Assembly: GCA_963749495.1 (NCBI GenBank) | Contig: CAVVMW010000023.1 | Span: 384,001 to 448,000, forward strand | Source of the DNA: an uncultured bacterium | Lineage (GTDB): Bacteria > Verrucomicrobiota > Verrucomicrobiia > Limisphaerales > UBA8199 | Length of the DNA: 64,000 nt | Direction of reading: 5' to 3' | Shown here: one piece after another, positions 1 through 9,726 of the stretch | Numbering within the stretch: position 1 is the first letter of the stretch | Layout of the letters: each line of letters begins with the position of its first letter | Translations under genes and position numbers: made by a program | The notes under the pieces: generated by a model | What the model was told of the DNA's origin: nothing | The model's input: the letters and a program-made list of their open reading frames with translations, nothing else | Database searches by the model: none

Positions 1-20
1 CGAGGGCGTCCGCGCTCCTA
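1..20. repeat. REP hairpin, family A (partial at window edge)
   Basis: cgagggcgtccgcgctccta matches the copies at 369-396, 12184-12207 and 37369-37440. Confidence 0.75.
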
Positions 21-326
21 TGGCTTTGGCCGCTGCACGGGCTGGAGGCCAAAGCCCGCCGGGCGCCACTTGGCGCTGCTCCAACGCCAACCCTTGGCGT
101 CCGGCACAAGCCCGGCCTTGACCGGGTTGTTTTCAATGTAATGGACGGCCTTATGGAAATGCGCGTCATCGCGGATGCGACGGTCGAAATAATCTTCCTG
201 CCACCATTGCCCGGAGCGGGGCAAAAGCCGGTTCACGTAATGCGAACACATGCCCTTCCAATCCTTGAGGAGAATGCTCAGAGGAGTCGTCCAGACCTCA
301 ACCAGCACATGGACATGGTTGGGCAT
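18..326 (-). pseudogene. REP-associated tyrosine transposase (RAYT, Y1/HUH), 5'-truncated
   Basis: MPNHVH HUH motif, WQEDYFDRRIRD and YIENNPVKAGL. The N-terminal part is missing and the gene is flanked on both sides by family A REPs. Confidence 0.8.
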
Positions 327-368
327 AAAAGTGGACAGAGCCCTCTTCGCAGAAACCCAGGCCAGAAA

Positions 369-396
369 CGCGCGGACGAGGGCGTCCGCGCTCCTA
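369..396. repeat. REP hairpin, family A
   Basis: Stem-loop cgcggacg-aggg-cgtccgcg followed by ctccta. Confidence 0.8.
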
Positions 397-503
397 TCTC
401 TGCAGGCCGTCGGCCGCCTCGCCCCTGGTCCCTCGTCCCTCTGGCCCTTTGTCCGGGAATTGGCTCCGAACGGCTTCCCGGCCAACATGAGAAAAAGAAT
501 GCC

Positions 504-1697
504 ATGCCTTCGACTTCACACCTGTCTGAATTCAGCCGCCGATGCAACCTTGCCCTCCTCAGCGCCCTGCTGCTGGGGCTTTGTGCCACCGCCTCTGCCG
601 CGATGCGCGCAGAACGCCTCCAGTGCGACTATCTCGATGACCCGCTCGGCATTGATGCGCCGCAGCCGCGCCTGAGCTGGATTCTCACCTCCAATGAGCG
701 AGCGGTGAAACAGACGGCGTATCAAGTGCTGGTCGCCAGCAGTGAAGCCGCTTTGAAGAAGAATCAGGCCGACCTGTGGGATAGCGGCAAAGCCGTGTCC
801 GATGACACCGCGCAAATCCGCTACTCCGGCAAGACGCTCGAATCGCGCCAGGAGGTTTTCTGGAAGGTCCGCGTCTGGGACCAGGCCGGCGGCGCCTCCG
901 AGAGCAAACCGGCCCGTTGGGAAATGGGCCTCCTGCAACCCGGCGACTGGGGGGCGAAATGGATCGCCCGCACCACGGACACGAACTCGAATCCTGCCCC
1001 CCTCCTTCGCCGGGTTTTCAAGCTTGACGGCAGGGTCAAGCAAGCCCGCGCCTATATCTGTGGCCTCGGCTACTACGAACTTTACCTGAACGGCCGGAAA
1101 GTCGGCGATCACCTCCTGGACCCGGGCTATACGCGCTACGACCGACGGGCGCTTTACGTGACCTACGATGTCACTGACCGACTCAAGCGCGGCGCCAACG
1201 CCGTGGGAGTCATCCTCGGCAACGGCTGGTTCAACTGCCACACCAAGGCGGTCTGGGATTTCCACCAGGCCCCATGGCGGGCGGCGCCCAAGCTGCTGCT
1301 GCACCTCCGCGTGGATTACGCCGATGGCCGCAGCGAGACCATAGTCAGCGACGATTCTTGGAAATGCTCCACCGGCCCAATCATTTTCGACAGCATCTAC
1401 GGCGGCGAAACCTACGACGCGCGCCTGGAGAAACCCGGTTGGGCCGCCGCCGACTACGACGATTCCAACTGGGAACCGGCGAAGCTCGTCGTAGCCCCGG
1501 CCGACAGGCTCGTTGCCCAAATGATGCCGCCGATCAAGATTGACGAGACGCTCAAGCCCGCCAAGCTCACCGAGCCAAAGCCAGGCGTGTTCATTTTCGA
1601 CATCGGCCAAAACCTCGCTGGCATGGCGCAACTGACCGTGTCCGGTCCCGCCGGCACGCGCGTCCGGATGCGCTACGGCGAACGCCTAATTGATATC
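504..1697 (+). pseudogene. Alpha-L-rhamnosidase GH78, N-terminal part only
   Basis: Signal peptide, PLGIDAPQPRLSW, ARAYICGLGYYEL, IYGGETYDAR, FDIGQNLAG, RYGERL. Homology stops near 1690 and the ORF then reads antisense through the next gene; no catalytic barrel. Confidence 0.85.
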
Positions 1698-3338
1698 TCA
1701 AGGCAGACTTCCCGTCACGCGCTGCAAGGAGTCGCTGCGGGCGACGCGCCGGCCATCCACCAGAACCTGCAACCCTTTGCCGCGGCCATACCGCGCTCCG
1801 GTCTGGTCGTAAAGAATCGTGATCGTCCGTCCATGGTAGCGCACATGATCCAGGCAGAAGTAGTCCCAGGTGCCCTCGGGCACCAGCGGGTTGACCTCGA
1901 TGAGGTTATCCGCCCGCGGGCGCAGGCCGACCAAACCGGTGATGACCAGGTCGCAGAAGGTGGAGTGATTGTAGTCCTTGCCGCGCTCGTCCGGCGGTTG
2001 GCGGCGTTGTTGCAGGAGCGTTCGGGCGATCCAGTCGCCGTTGAATGGATTGAGGTTTTCGTCGATCCAGGGCTGGCGAGTCTCGCGGCGTTCCATTCGA
2101 GAAGGGCCCTCGTTCGGGGAGCCGGGGCCGGCCGCAGATAGTTGGGCCTCCGGCGGAATCTGCCGAAACCGGTGGCTGCGCAGGTAGCACTGGAACGTTT
2201 TCCAGTAGTCGGCCTTGCCGATCACGTCCTGGGAGTAATGATTGAGCAGGTTGGCCAGGGCCGTGAGCGTCACTGCCGTGGCATACGGCCAACTGGGGCC
2301 ATTCCACTGGCATTCGTGTCCGCGATAGGCCACCGCGAATCCCGGGTGCCGCTGCTCCGCGGTCGTGGGGCCGAAGGGGGCGTGGAAGCCTTTTGGGTCC
2401 ATGAGTTGTTTCCACGCCACCGATTTCTCCGGCCCGGGGAGGTCAAAGTACCACGGCGTGTAGCCGTGCAATTCACGGACTTCGGCGAGCGTGGCCTTGC
2501 CCCGGGGCAGGACCTTGAAGAACCGCGCCTCCGGGTCCCAGAGTTTTCCCTCCACGAGCCGCTTGAGCGCGGCGGCCTTGTCGCGCCAGGTTCGCGCGAG
2601 GTCCGGCTGCCCGTCGCGGTCGGCTATCCGGGCAATGGCCACGGCGTCGCCGTACTGGTAGCTGTTGATCGTGGCGCGGCAGCCGCTGCCCCCAATCGAC
2701 TCCTCCATGCCGTCGTTGCCGTCGTTTTGCCAATAGAGTCCGCTGGCATCGAGGTGGCTTTTCTCCCAGGCCTCATAGTTGGCGATTAAATCGGGCAGCA
2801 ACTCCTTGGGCAACCGAAAGTCACCCAGGACCAGGCTGCGCGCGTAGATCGCGTCGGCGGCCCAGAAGCTGTACTTCCGGGGCTCGCCTCCTTTGCGGAA
2901 CCAGAAGACGGCGTAGTCATCCAGGTACCGCGCATCATGGAGCCAGCGCCCTTCGTAAAAGTGGTGGCCGGCAGGGCAATTGATCGAGTTGTGCTTGCCG
3001 CTCCAGGGCACGCCCGGCAGGAACTCCGTGACGATGAAGCCGTCCGGCGTCTGCTTGATGTGCTTCCGATACGTCCACCACCGGAAATAATAGACCTCCT
3101 CGAGGTCCTTATCGGGGCACTCCAGCAACGGCACATTGCTCGCCGTCCAGTCCCAAGCCGCCGCATTGGGTATGTGGTTGACCACAGTTTCGCGGTCGAG
3201 CCGGGTGAAGCTTTCGATGTAATGCCGAAACCCCTCCGGGTGTAATACCCCGGCGCCCGCGGGCGGCATTTCGCCCGCGACGCTCGTTACAACCGCCAGG
3301 AGAGGGGCGGCCAAAAGCAGTTTCAAATGGCGTTTCAA
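1698..3338 (-). CDS. Secreted six-hairpin (MGH1-like) glycoside hydrolase, possibly a beta-L-arabinofuranosidase
   Basis: Signal peptide; YFRWWTYRKH, DGMEESI, CQWNGPSWPY and GKDYNHSTF motifs. Exact GH family not certain. Confidence 0.7.
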   Translation of the reverse strand: MKRHLKLLLAAPLLAVVTSVAGEMPPAGAGVLHPEGFRHYIESFTRLDRETVVNHIPNAAAWDWTASNVPLLECPDKDLEEVYYFRWWTYRKHIKQTPDGFIVTEFLPGVPWSGKHNSINCPAGHHFYEGRWLHDARYLDDYAVFWFRKGGEPRKYSFWAADAIYARSLVLGDFRLPKELLPDLIANYEAWEKSHLDASGLYWQNDGNDGMEESIGGSGCRATINSYQYGDAVAIARIADRDGQPDLARTWRDKAAALKRLVEGKLWDPEARFFKVLPRGKATLAEVRELHGYTPWYFDLPGPEKSVAWKQLMDPKGFHAPFGPTTAEQRHPGFAVAYRGHECQWNGPSWPYATAVTLTALANLLNHYSQDVIGKADYWKTFQCYLRSHRFRQIPPEAQLSAAGPGSPNEGPSRMERRETRQPWIDENLNPFNGDWIARTLLQQRRQPPDERGKDYNHSTFCDLVITGLVGLRPRADNLIEVNPLVPEGTWDYFCLDHVRYHGRTITILYDQTGARYGRGKGLQVLVDGRRVARSDSLQRVTGSLP

Positions 3339-3341
3339 TTC

Positions 3342-3812
3342 TCAGCGCTGCTCCTCGAGGAAAACCGCCTTGCGGTCGCCCGTGGAGAATGAAACCAGCG
3401 TTCGGAGTGTCTCCGTGCCGGTGTTTACGAGGTTGTGTTTGACTTTGGCGGGGATGCGTATTGTCATCCCAGCCTTCAACGGGATAGTGCGGCCATTGTA
3501 GCTGTGCAGGCCTTGTCCGGAAATGACGTAGAGCACCTCTTCGCAGTTGGGGTGGTAATGCACGGGGTTGTGTTTCCCCGGCAGGATCGTGGCGAGGCCC
3601 ACCGTCTGCGCCGCCCCGGGCATGAGCTTGTTGTTGCACACCCACTGAAGTGTGCCCCAGGCGCTCTGCTCCACCGGGAGTTGCGCAGCATCTGTGACCT
3701 TGCCGCTCCACGGCGCAGGGATCGAGGCCGGTTGTGGCTGGGGCTTGTCCTCTCGCGCCGTGACCGCCAGCCACAAACCCAAGCTCAATACCGCAATGAT
3801 GTGTTTTTTCAT
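3342..3812 (-). CDS. Secreted cupin-domain protein
   Basis: Signal peptide MKKHIIAV; cupin motifs HYHPNCEE and G-x5-PAKVKH-x3-N. Confidence 0.85.
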   Translation of the reverse strand: MKKHIIAVLSLGLWLAVTAREDKPQPQPASIPAPWSGKVTDAAQLPVEQSAWGTLQWVCNNKLMPGAAQTVGLATILPGKHNPVHYHPNCEEVLYVISGQGLHSYNGRTIPLKAGMTIRIPAKVKHNLVNTGTETLRTLVSFSTGDRKAVFLEEQR

Positions 3813-3901
3813 AAGACTTCTCATCGGTTCCGCTCTCAGTGTAGCGCCCGCCTGCCGAATGGCAACGGCGAGGATGATCCGCCTTCGGCATCCTGCCTCG
3901 C

Positions 3902-4111
3902 GGCCCAACGGGCCGCCAGAGCTTAGCCCAGGGCTGAGGCCGTCAGGCCGATGCCCTGGGTTTGGCCATGGAAGCGGGCCAGGCGCCCTGAAGGGGCGCC
4001 AGAGCCCTCTGGCGCCCTTTCAGGGCGCGCGTGATCTTCCGCGGGGCGTGGTCCCAGGGCCTCGGCCTGGCGGCCTCAGCCCTGGGCTAGGCTCTGCCGG
4101 CCCTTTGGGCC
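3902..4111. repeat. Composite REP/BIME-like inverted-repeat element
   Basis: Nested inverted arms agcccagggctgaggcc/ggcctcagccctgggct and gccctgaaggggcgcc/ggcgccctttcagggc. Confidence 0.75.
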
Positions 4112-4178
4112 GAAGATTCAGACCGATCGGATAGTCTGGACAGCGCGTGCGTTGCGTGTGAACTCAAGTGCGCGTCAA

Positions 4179-6228
4179 TCACCAGTGTGACATTTGTCTT
4201 GCATGGCTGCCCCGCCGACCGGTTTCCGCCCGCAGCACCAGGATCGAATGAGGCGGGAGCTTAACCGGACGATCCAGCGCAACAATGTCGGACAAATGGA
4301 CGGTGGTCACGCTTTCCGGCCGGCCGGGCTGGTTAATCGCCGCCAGGCTTGGCCCATTGATGAGCCATGCAATGACCGCAGGCGCCGGCGAAACGCCGTT
4401 CAGGCGAATCGGCAGCACCGCCTCCTGGTCGGTGGAATAATTGATCAATGCGAGGCCGAGACGGCCCGTCTTGCCGTCCCAAGCCGCGACGGCATCCACC
4501 GGCAAGCCGCCGTCCAGTTGTGCCGGCACCAATCTCCCGCCGAGCTCGGCGCGGTAGAGCGCCAGCAAGTGACCGACCGGGTCCATCACTGCGTAGTTGC
4601 GGCTGGTCTTGATGGCGGCGATGACGTTGACCGTCTGGGCCCAGTTGGCCATTTGCACGAGGTCGGCGGAGCGCAACAACTCGTTCATGGCGCGGCCCGC
4701 CGCTATCATGTCCCCAAGCGTGTAGTAGTGCTCGAACGGACCGATGCCGCCGGCGTCCGGCGTCGGGTTCCAATCCCGCACGATGCCCCATTCATCTATC
4801 GCCAGGCGCACCCGCTCCAGCTCGGTGTCGCCCTTGCCAAGGCGGTTGCGGAAATCACTCACAATGCGGCGCACGCCAGCCGCCACTTCGCCGGAATAGC
4901 CGGAAAAGTTTTGTTCGGTACGTTCTCGCGTCCTCGGCGCTGAAGGGCACGCGCAGCTTTCGTTCGGTGTAATGATGGCCGCTCAGGAGGTCCATGCTCG
5001 CGGCACAATGCGGCAGCATCACGTCGTTCCATCTCCCTGGCGCGCCCACGGCGATGATTTTGATGTGCGGATTCCGCCCCTTCATCGCCGCGACGAAGGC
5101 GTTGTGCCGCAGCGCGTATCGTTCCACCGACACGTTGCCGAGCTGCCAGTCGCCGAACATCTCGTTGCCCACGCCCCACCAAGTCACACTGTAAGGCTTG
5201 AAGTGGCCGTTCCTGGCGCGCTCCGCGCCCCATTGGGTTTGCGCCAAACCCGTGAAATACTCCACCTCGTCCGCCGCTTCCTCCACGCTCCCAAGGCCGG
5301 TGTTCACCGCAACGTACGGCTCGGCGCCGACTTCGGTGCAGAAGGCCATGAACTCATCCGCGCCAAAATCGTTGTCCTCGACATCATTCCAGGCGCGTTC
5401 CCAGCGCGGCGGACGGCGGTCGCGGTCGCCGATGCCGTCCTTCCAGTTGTAACCGGAAACGAAGTTGCCGCCGGGCCAGCGATAGAGCGGGGCCTTGAGT
5501 TTCTGAATCAGCGCCAGGGTGTCGGCGCGCATGCCCCGCACATTGTCGGCCGGCATGAGCGACAGATTGGCGACCCAAAGATACGCGGGCTGCGAGAGCA
5601 ACACCGACAGCAACGCGGACTCGGTCGTGGCCCCGGCGCGGAAGCGGAAGGGAATCTTGCGATACGCGCGGCCCACGTCGCCCAGGATGATGCTCTGGCC
5701 TTGGTCCGGGCGGTCGCCCCAGGCGAGGCGGATCTCCACCGGCGGGTTGGATGCGCCCACGTGGGCCAGAATCGCATAGCCGGCGTATTCCTTGCCGGCA
5801 ATGACGCCGAGATGGTTTTGGCGGAGACCGCACGCCGCGCCTCTGGCGTCGCGCAGCCAGAGGGCCAGGCAGCGGTCCCCGCAGTACGCGCCGGCGGTGT
5901 CGGGCAGCGCGTCGAAGACCGCCCCGGCGGGCCGCACAATTTCCCACGGCGACTTATTGGTCAGGTCGAGCAGGAATTTGCGGTCGCGTAATTTCTCAGC
6001 CCAGATGCCATCATGAACGCAGCGACCGAGGTGCTCGATGAACTGGCTGTAAATGTAAGGCGAAATGGCCGGGCCCGGCCGGGCGAGGTCCACGGAGAGT
6101 TGAGCGTCCGCCGCGGAGACCGCGATGGACGACGACCAGTGACCAGCGAGACAAGCCAGCAGAAGAATAAGACTTCTTTTCATCGTGAGGCGATGGATGG
6201 CGTTCATGTCGTCGGTGGGATTCAGCAT
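4179..6228 (-). CDS. Alpha-L-arabinofuranosidase GH51 (1-bp frameshift near 4917, probably a sequencing error)
   Basis: SQFIEHLGRC, RWPGGNF, WGVGNE, AIDEWG and ANWAQTVNVI. Removing one base in tacCgaa joins the two ORFs as RTYEQNFSGYSGEVAAGV. Confidence 0.85.
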
Positions 6229-7571
6229 CCCACAAAGCTGTAATCGTAAGGCTTCCTCATTTCCCTCGTGACGTGGGCGTTGCCTTCCTTGGCATTTTCG
6301 CCCACGAACCGTTCCTCGGCGGGGTCCCAGTGCAGGCTTCGTCCAACCCGCAAAGCGATCGCACCCAGGTGGGAGATGCAGGCGGACCGGTGGCCCACTT
6401 CAACGTCGCAGATAGGCAGCTTCCTCGAGCGAATACAGCCAAAGAAGTTCCCCATGTGGTCATTGCTCACATAGACCCTCTCCGCAGTCTCCGAGAGCGG
6501 CGTCTTGATGAGTTCAGGGTCGTTCGCCTTCAAAGTCCCGCGGTTGACCCAGATCCAGCCGTTGGCTCCATCGAAGCGGATGCCATTTCTCTGGCCCTGC
6601 GGATCCTCGACGCCCCCGAAGATGTTGTCCGCCTTGGTCGTGCGCACGTTTTCGACCACGCCATTCGAGTAAGTGAACTTAACGTCATATTCGCTGTAAG
6701 TCGTGTAGCCTCCAGGAATGGGTTCGGCGAGACGTTTGGCCTCGACTTCGACGGGACCGGGCAGCCCAATGGCCCACAAGGCAATATCGTTGTGGTGCGC
6801 GCCCCAATCCGTCATGGTCCCGCCCGAGTAGTCGTACCAGTAACGGAAGTAGAGGTGGCACCGTTGCGGCAGGTAATCGACCTTGGGCGCCTGGCCAAGC
6901 CAGTAATCCCAATTCAACCCCGCCGGGACGGGCGCGGTCTTGAAGGGACCATCGCGCAGTCCCGCCGGCAGCCAAACGGTGACCTCCTTGAGTTTGCCAA
7001 TCCTCCCGTTGCGAACCAGTTCAACCGCCAGCCGGAACCTGGCATCGCTGCGCTGCTGCATGCCGGTCTGCAATATGGTTTTGTGTTCGCGAACCGCCTG
7101 AATGAGGCGTTTGCCCTCGTCAATGGTCAGCGTCAGAGGTTTTTCGCCATAGACATCCTTCCCGGCCATGGTGGCGGCGAGATTCACCAACGTGTGCCAG
7201 TGGTCGGGTGTGCCATTGATTACAGCATGAACGTCGTCGCGTTCCATGACCTTGCGGAAATCGCTGTATTTGGCGGGAACTTTGCCATCCTTGGCAAACT
7301 GTTTGGCGGCCTGCTCCACGTGGCTGGCGTCCACGTCGCAAACGGCGATTATGTCCCCAAAGCGGCCGGCGTTGCCGGCGTCGCCCTTGCCCATGCCGCC
7401 GCACCCGACAAGCGCAACCCCGGGACGGTCATTGGGTCCGGCTGTTTGGGGGCTGGGCGCTGCGGCCAGCTCCCGTTCAAGGAACCATACCGGCAAGCCG
7501 GTGGCAGCGGCGGCCAGCGAGCACGACTTCAGGAACGACCGGCGGGAAATGTAGAAGTGTTTCGTTTGCAC
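6222..7571 (-). CDS. Tat-exported Gfo/Idh/MocA oxidoreductase
   Basis: SRRSFLK Tat motif, GCGGMG, TPDHWH, EKP, DWGAHH. Confidence 0.9.
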   Translation of the reverse strand: MQTKHFYISRRSFLKSCSLAAAATGLPVWFLERELAAAPSPQTAGPNDRPGVALVGCGGMGKGDAGNAGRFGDIIAVCDVDASHVEQAAKQFAKDGKVPAKYSDFRKVMERDDVHAVINGTPDHWHTLVNLAATMAGKDVYGEKPLTLTIDEGKRLIQAVREHKTILQTGMQQRSDARFRLAVELVRNGRIGKLKEVTVWLPAGLRDGPFKTAPVPAGLNWDYWLGQAPKVDYLPQRCHLYFRYWYDYSGGTMTDWGAHHNDIALWAIGLPGPVEVEAKRLAEPIPGGYTTYSEYDVKFTYSNGVVENVRTTKADNIFGGVEDPQGQRNGIRFDGANGWIWVNRGTLKANDPELIKTPLSETAERVYVSNDHMGNFFGCIRSRKLPICDVEVGHRSACISHLGAIALRVGRSLHWDPAEERFVGENAKEGNAHVTREMRKPYDYSFVGC

Positions 7572-7614
7572 GGGGAGATTCTCGCCACCCGTCCACGCGT
7601 TGGCAAGCTATTTA

Positions 7615-7715
7615 GAGGCAGCGGCGAAATTAACCGCATAGATCGCAGAGAACACAAAGAGCTCGGAATGAAGGCGTTTCTTTGCGGTCTTTGCGGTTAA
7701 TTCTGCAACTGCCTC
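7615..7715. mobile_element. 101-bp MITE
   Basis: 24-bp imperfect TIRs (gaggcagcggcgaaattaaccgca, 20/24 match); TTA on both flanks (7612-7614 and 7716-7718). Confidence 0.6.
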
Positions 7716-7837
7716 TTAGCCCGCATATTTCATAGTTGATCGCGAAATTTGGCATGAAATCGCCATGGTGGGCCGGATTTACCGGGCCTGGACCACTGGC
7801 AGGATGGCGGGTGGGTTACCGACAGGGTGTCGAACGC

Positions 7838-8059
7838 TCAGCCGACTGCCAAAGCGCGGGGACGAGCGCGCGGCGGCGGGGCGTGCGGGCGCACCAAATA
7901 TAGTTCGCTTCGGTTCAAAAGCTCCCACTCGACCTGCTCTCCCGGCTCCAGCCCAATGGCGGCGGCCAGGGGGATCGGAAAATACACATAGAGCTTGGGG
8001 GTCTGCCCCTTGGAACGGATTGCCTGCACTTTGAGTGAATATTTTACTTGCTTTTTCAT
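7838..8059 (-). CDS. Small AbrB/MazE-like DNA-binding protein carried inside the IS1380
   Basis: YVYFPIPLAAAIGLEPGEQVEWE fits the swapped-hairpin pattern; divergent from the transposase. Confidence 0.6.
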   Translation of the reverse strand: MKKQVKYSLKVQAIRSKGQTPKLYVYFPIPLAAAIGLEPGEQVEWELLNRSELYLVRPHAPPPRARPRALAVG

Positions 8060-8081
8060 ATCTAGCCTATAGACTAACTAC

Positions 8082-9530
8082 ATGTGCGTTGCCAATCAAG
8101 CAATTCTCTTTGATGACTTGGGTCCTCGCCGTGTGCAAGCCGATTTCTCCGGCGGCGCCCTCTCCAGTGATGCCGGCGCGCTGCTGCTGCGCCAGGTCGA
8201 CACTAACCTCGGGGTGACGGCGGAACTGGCGCAATGTTTTTACGACCTGCGTGACCCCGACTGGGTAAACCATTCGGTGCAGGAACTCCTGCGCCAGCGC
8301 ATCTTCGGAACGGCCCTGGGCTACGAAGACATTGAGGATCACCAGCGCCTGCGCTTGGACCCGCTGCTGGCTGCCGCCTGCGGCAAGACCGATCCGCTGG
8401 GACAAGACAGGGTGCTGCCGCAGCACCGGGGCATCGCGCTGGCGGCGCCCTCCACACTCAACCGGCTGGAATTATCCAATAACAAAGACACGCGCTGCCA
8501 CAAACTGCCGCACGCCCCAGCCAAGGTGGAAGCCTGCCTGCTGAAAATGGGGGTGCGCTGTCTGCCCAAACGCGCCAAGGAGATCGTGGTGGATTTGGAC
8601 GCAATGGGCCATCGGTTGCACGGATTTCAGGAGGGGCGGCACTTCAACGCCTACTATGACGACTATTGTTATCTGCCGCTCTATGCCTTTGTCGGGGACT
8701 TCCCGCTATGGGCGCAACTGCGCACCGCCGAGCACGAGGCAGCCCACGGAGCGGTGCCCGCGCTGGAGAAGATAGTGGCCGCGATTCGCAAGCGTTGCCC
8801 CAAGGCGCGGATTATTGTGCGCGGGGACAGCGGTTTTGGCCGGCAGGAGATTATGGCTTGGTGCGAGAGCCAGCGGGGGATTTACTATTGCCTGGGCTTG
8901 GCCAAGAACTCGGTGTTAATTGAGAAGCTGGGGCAGGCCCTGGCTCAAGCCCGGGCCCGTCACTGTCTGACCGGTGCGGCCAGCGTGCGCCAGTTCGCTG
9001 AGTTTCAATACCGGACGCTCGACAGTTGGAGTCGGGAGCGCCGGGTGATCGGCAAAGCCGAAGTGATGAACGCAGGGGAAAACCCACGGTTTGTGGTGAC
9101 CAATCTGCCTGCCGAAGGCTTCAAGAACGATGAGGATGAGGATGAGCAACAGAGCCGCTTCAGTCCGGCCCGGCTTTATGAGGAACTGTACTGCGCCCGG
9201 GGCGATATGGAAAACCTGCTCAAGCAGCAAGTGCTGGATTTACACGCCGACCGGATGAGCACGCATTATATGGCCAGCAATCAGTTTCGATTGTGGGAGG
9301 CCATGTTTGCTTACCTGTTGATGGAGCGCTTGCGCACGCAGGGCTTGGCGGGAACGGAGTTGGAGCGGGCGACGGCTGGGAGCCTGCGTGTGAAGCTGCT
9401 GAAAATCGCGGCCCAGGTGCGCGTGAGCGTGCGCCGGGTCTATGTGCAGATGTGCAGCGCCTATCCCTTGCAAGCGCTGTTTCGGCGGTGCCACCGGCGG
9501 CTGATGGCGTTGGCGCCGGCCCCGGGCTAA
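8082..9530 (+). CDS. IS1380-family DDE transposase
   Basis: FSGGALSSDAG, LGYED, VDLD, HGFQEG, RGDSGF, YCARGDMEN. Confidence 0.95.
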   Translation: MCVANQAILFDDLGPRRVQADFSGGALSSDAGALLLRQVDTNLGVTAELAQCFYDLRDPDWVNHSVQELLRQRIFGTALGYEDIEDHQRLRLDPLLAAACGKTDPLGQDRVLPQHRGIALAAPSTLNRLELSNNKDTRCHKLPHAPAKVEACLLKMGVRCLPKRAKEIVVDLDAMGHRLHGFQEGRHFNAYYDDYCYLPLYAFVGDFPLWAQLRTAEHEAAHGAVPALEKIVAAIRKRCPKARIIVRGDSGFGRQEIMAWCESQRGIYYCLGLAKNSVLIEKLGQALAQARARHCLTGAASVRQFAEFQYRTLDSWSRERRVIGKAEVMNAGENPRFVVTNLPAEGFKNDEDEDEQQSRFSPARLYEELYCARGDMENLLKQQVLDLHADRMSTHYMASNQFRLWEAMFAYLLMERLRTQGLAGTELERATAGSLRVKLLKIAAQVRVSVRRVYVQMCSAYPLQALFRRCHRRLMALAPAPG

Positions 9531-9726
9531 GTGCAGAAAAATGGGGTCGATGTTTCAAGAGTCACGGGAGGGGTGTTTTCAGCGGCAGCCTTTTTGTTTG
9601 ACTAAAGACTCCGTTGCGCCCTGATCAGTGCCCAGACGGAAAAAACTGCGCCGCCCAGCCCGATTTGTCTCCAAAAAATCCTCCGAAACGCGAAAAGCCG
9701 GGTGGGCTATGAAATATGCGGGTTAG

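Larger units (their letters stand above)
7720..9722 (+). mobile_element. IS1380-family element
   Basis: Perfect 16-bp TIRs cccgcatatttcatag (7720-7735 and 9707-9722); TTAG target duplication (7716-7719 and 9723-9726). Confidence 0.92.

Noticed and set aside
141..2141. Full 666-aa ORF as one protein
   Set aside because: The first ~120 and last ~150 codons are shadows of opposite-strand genes.
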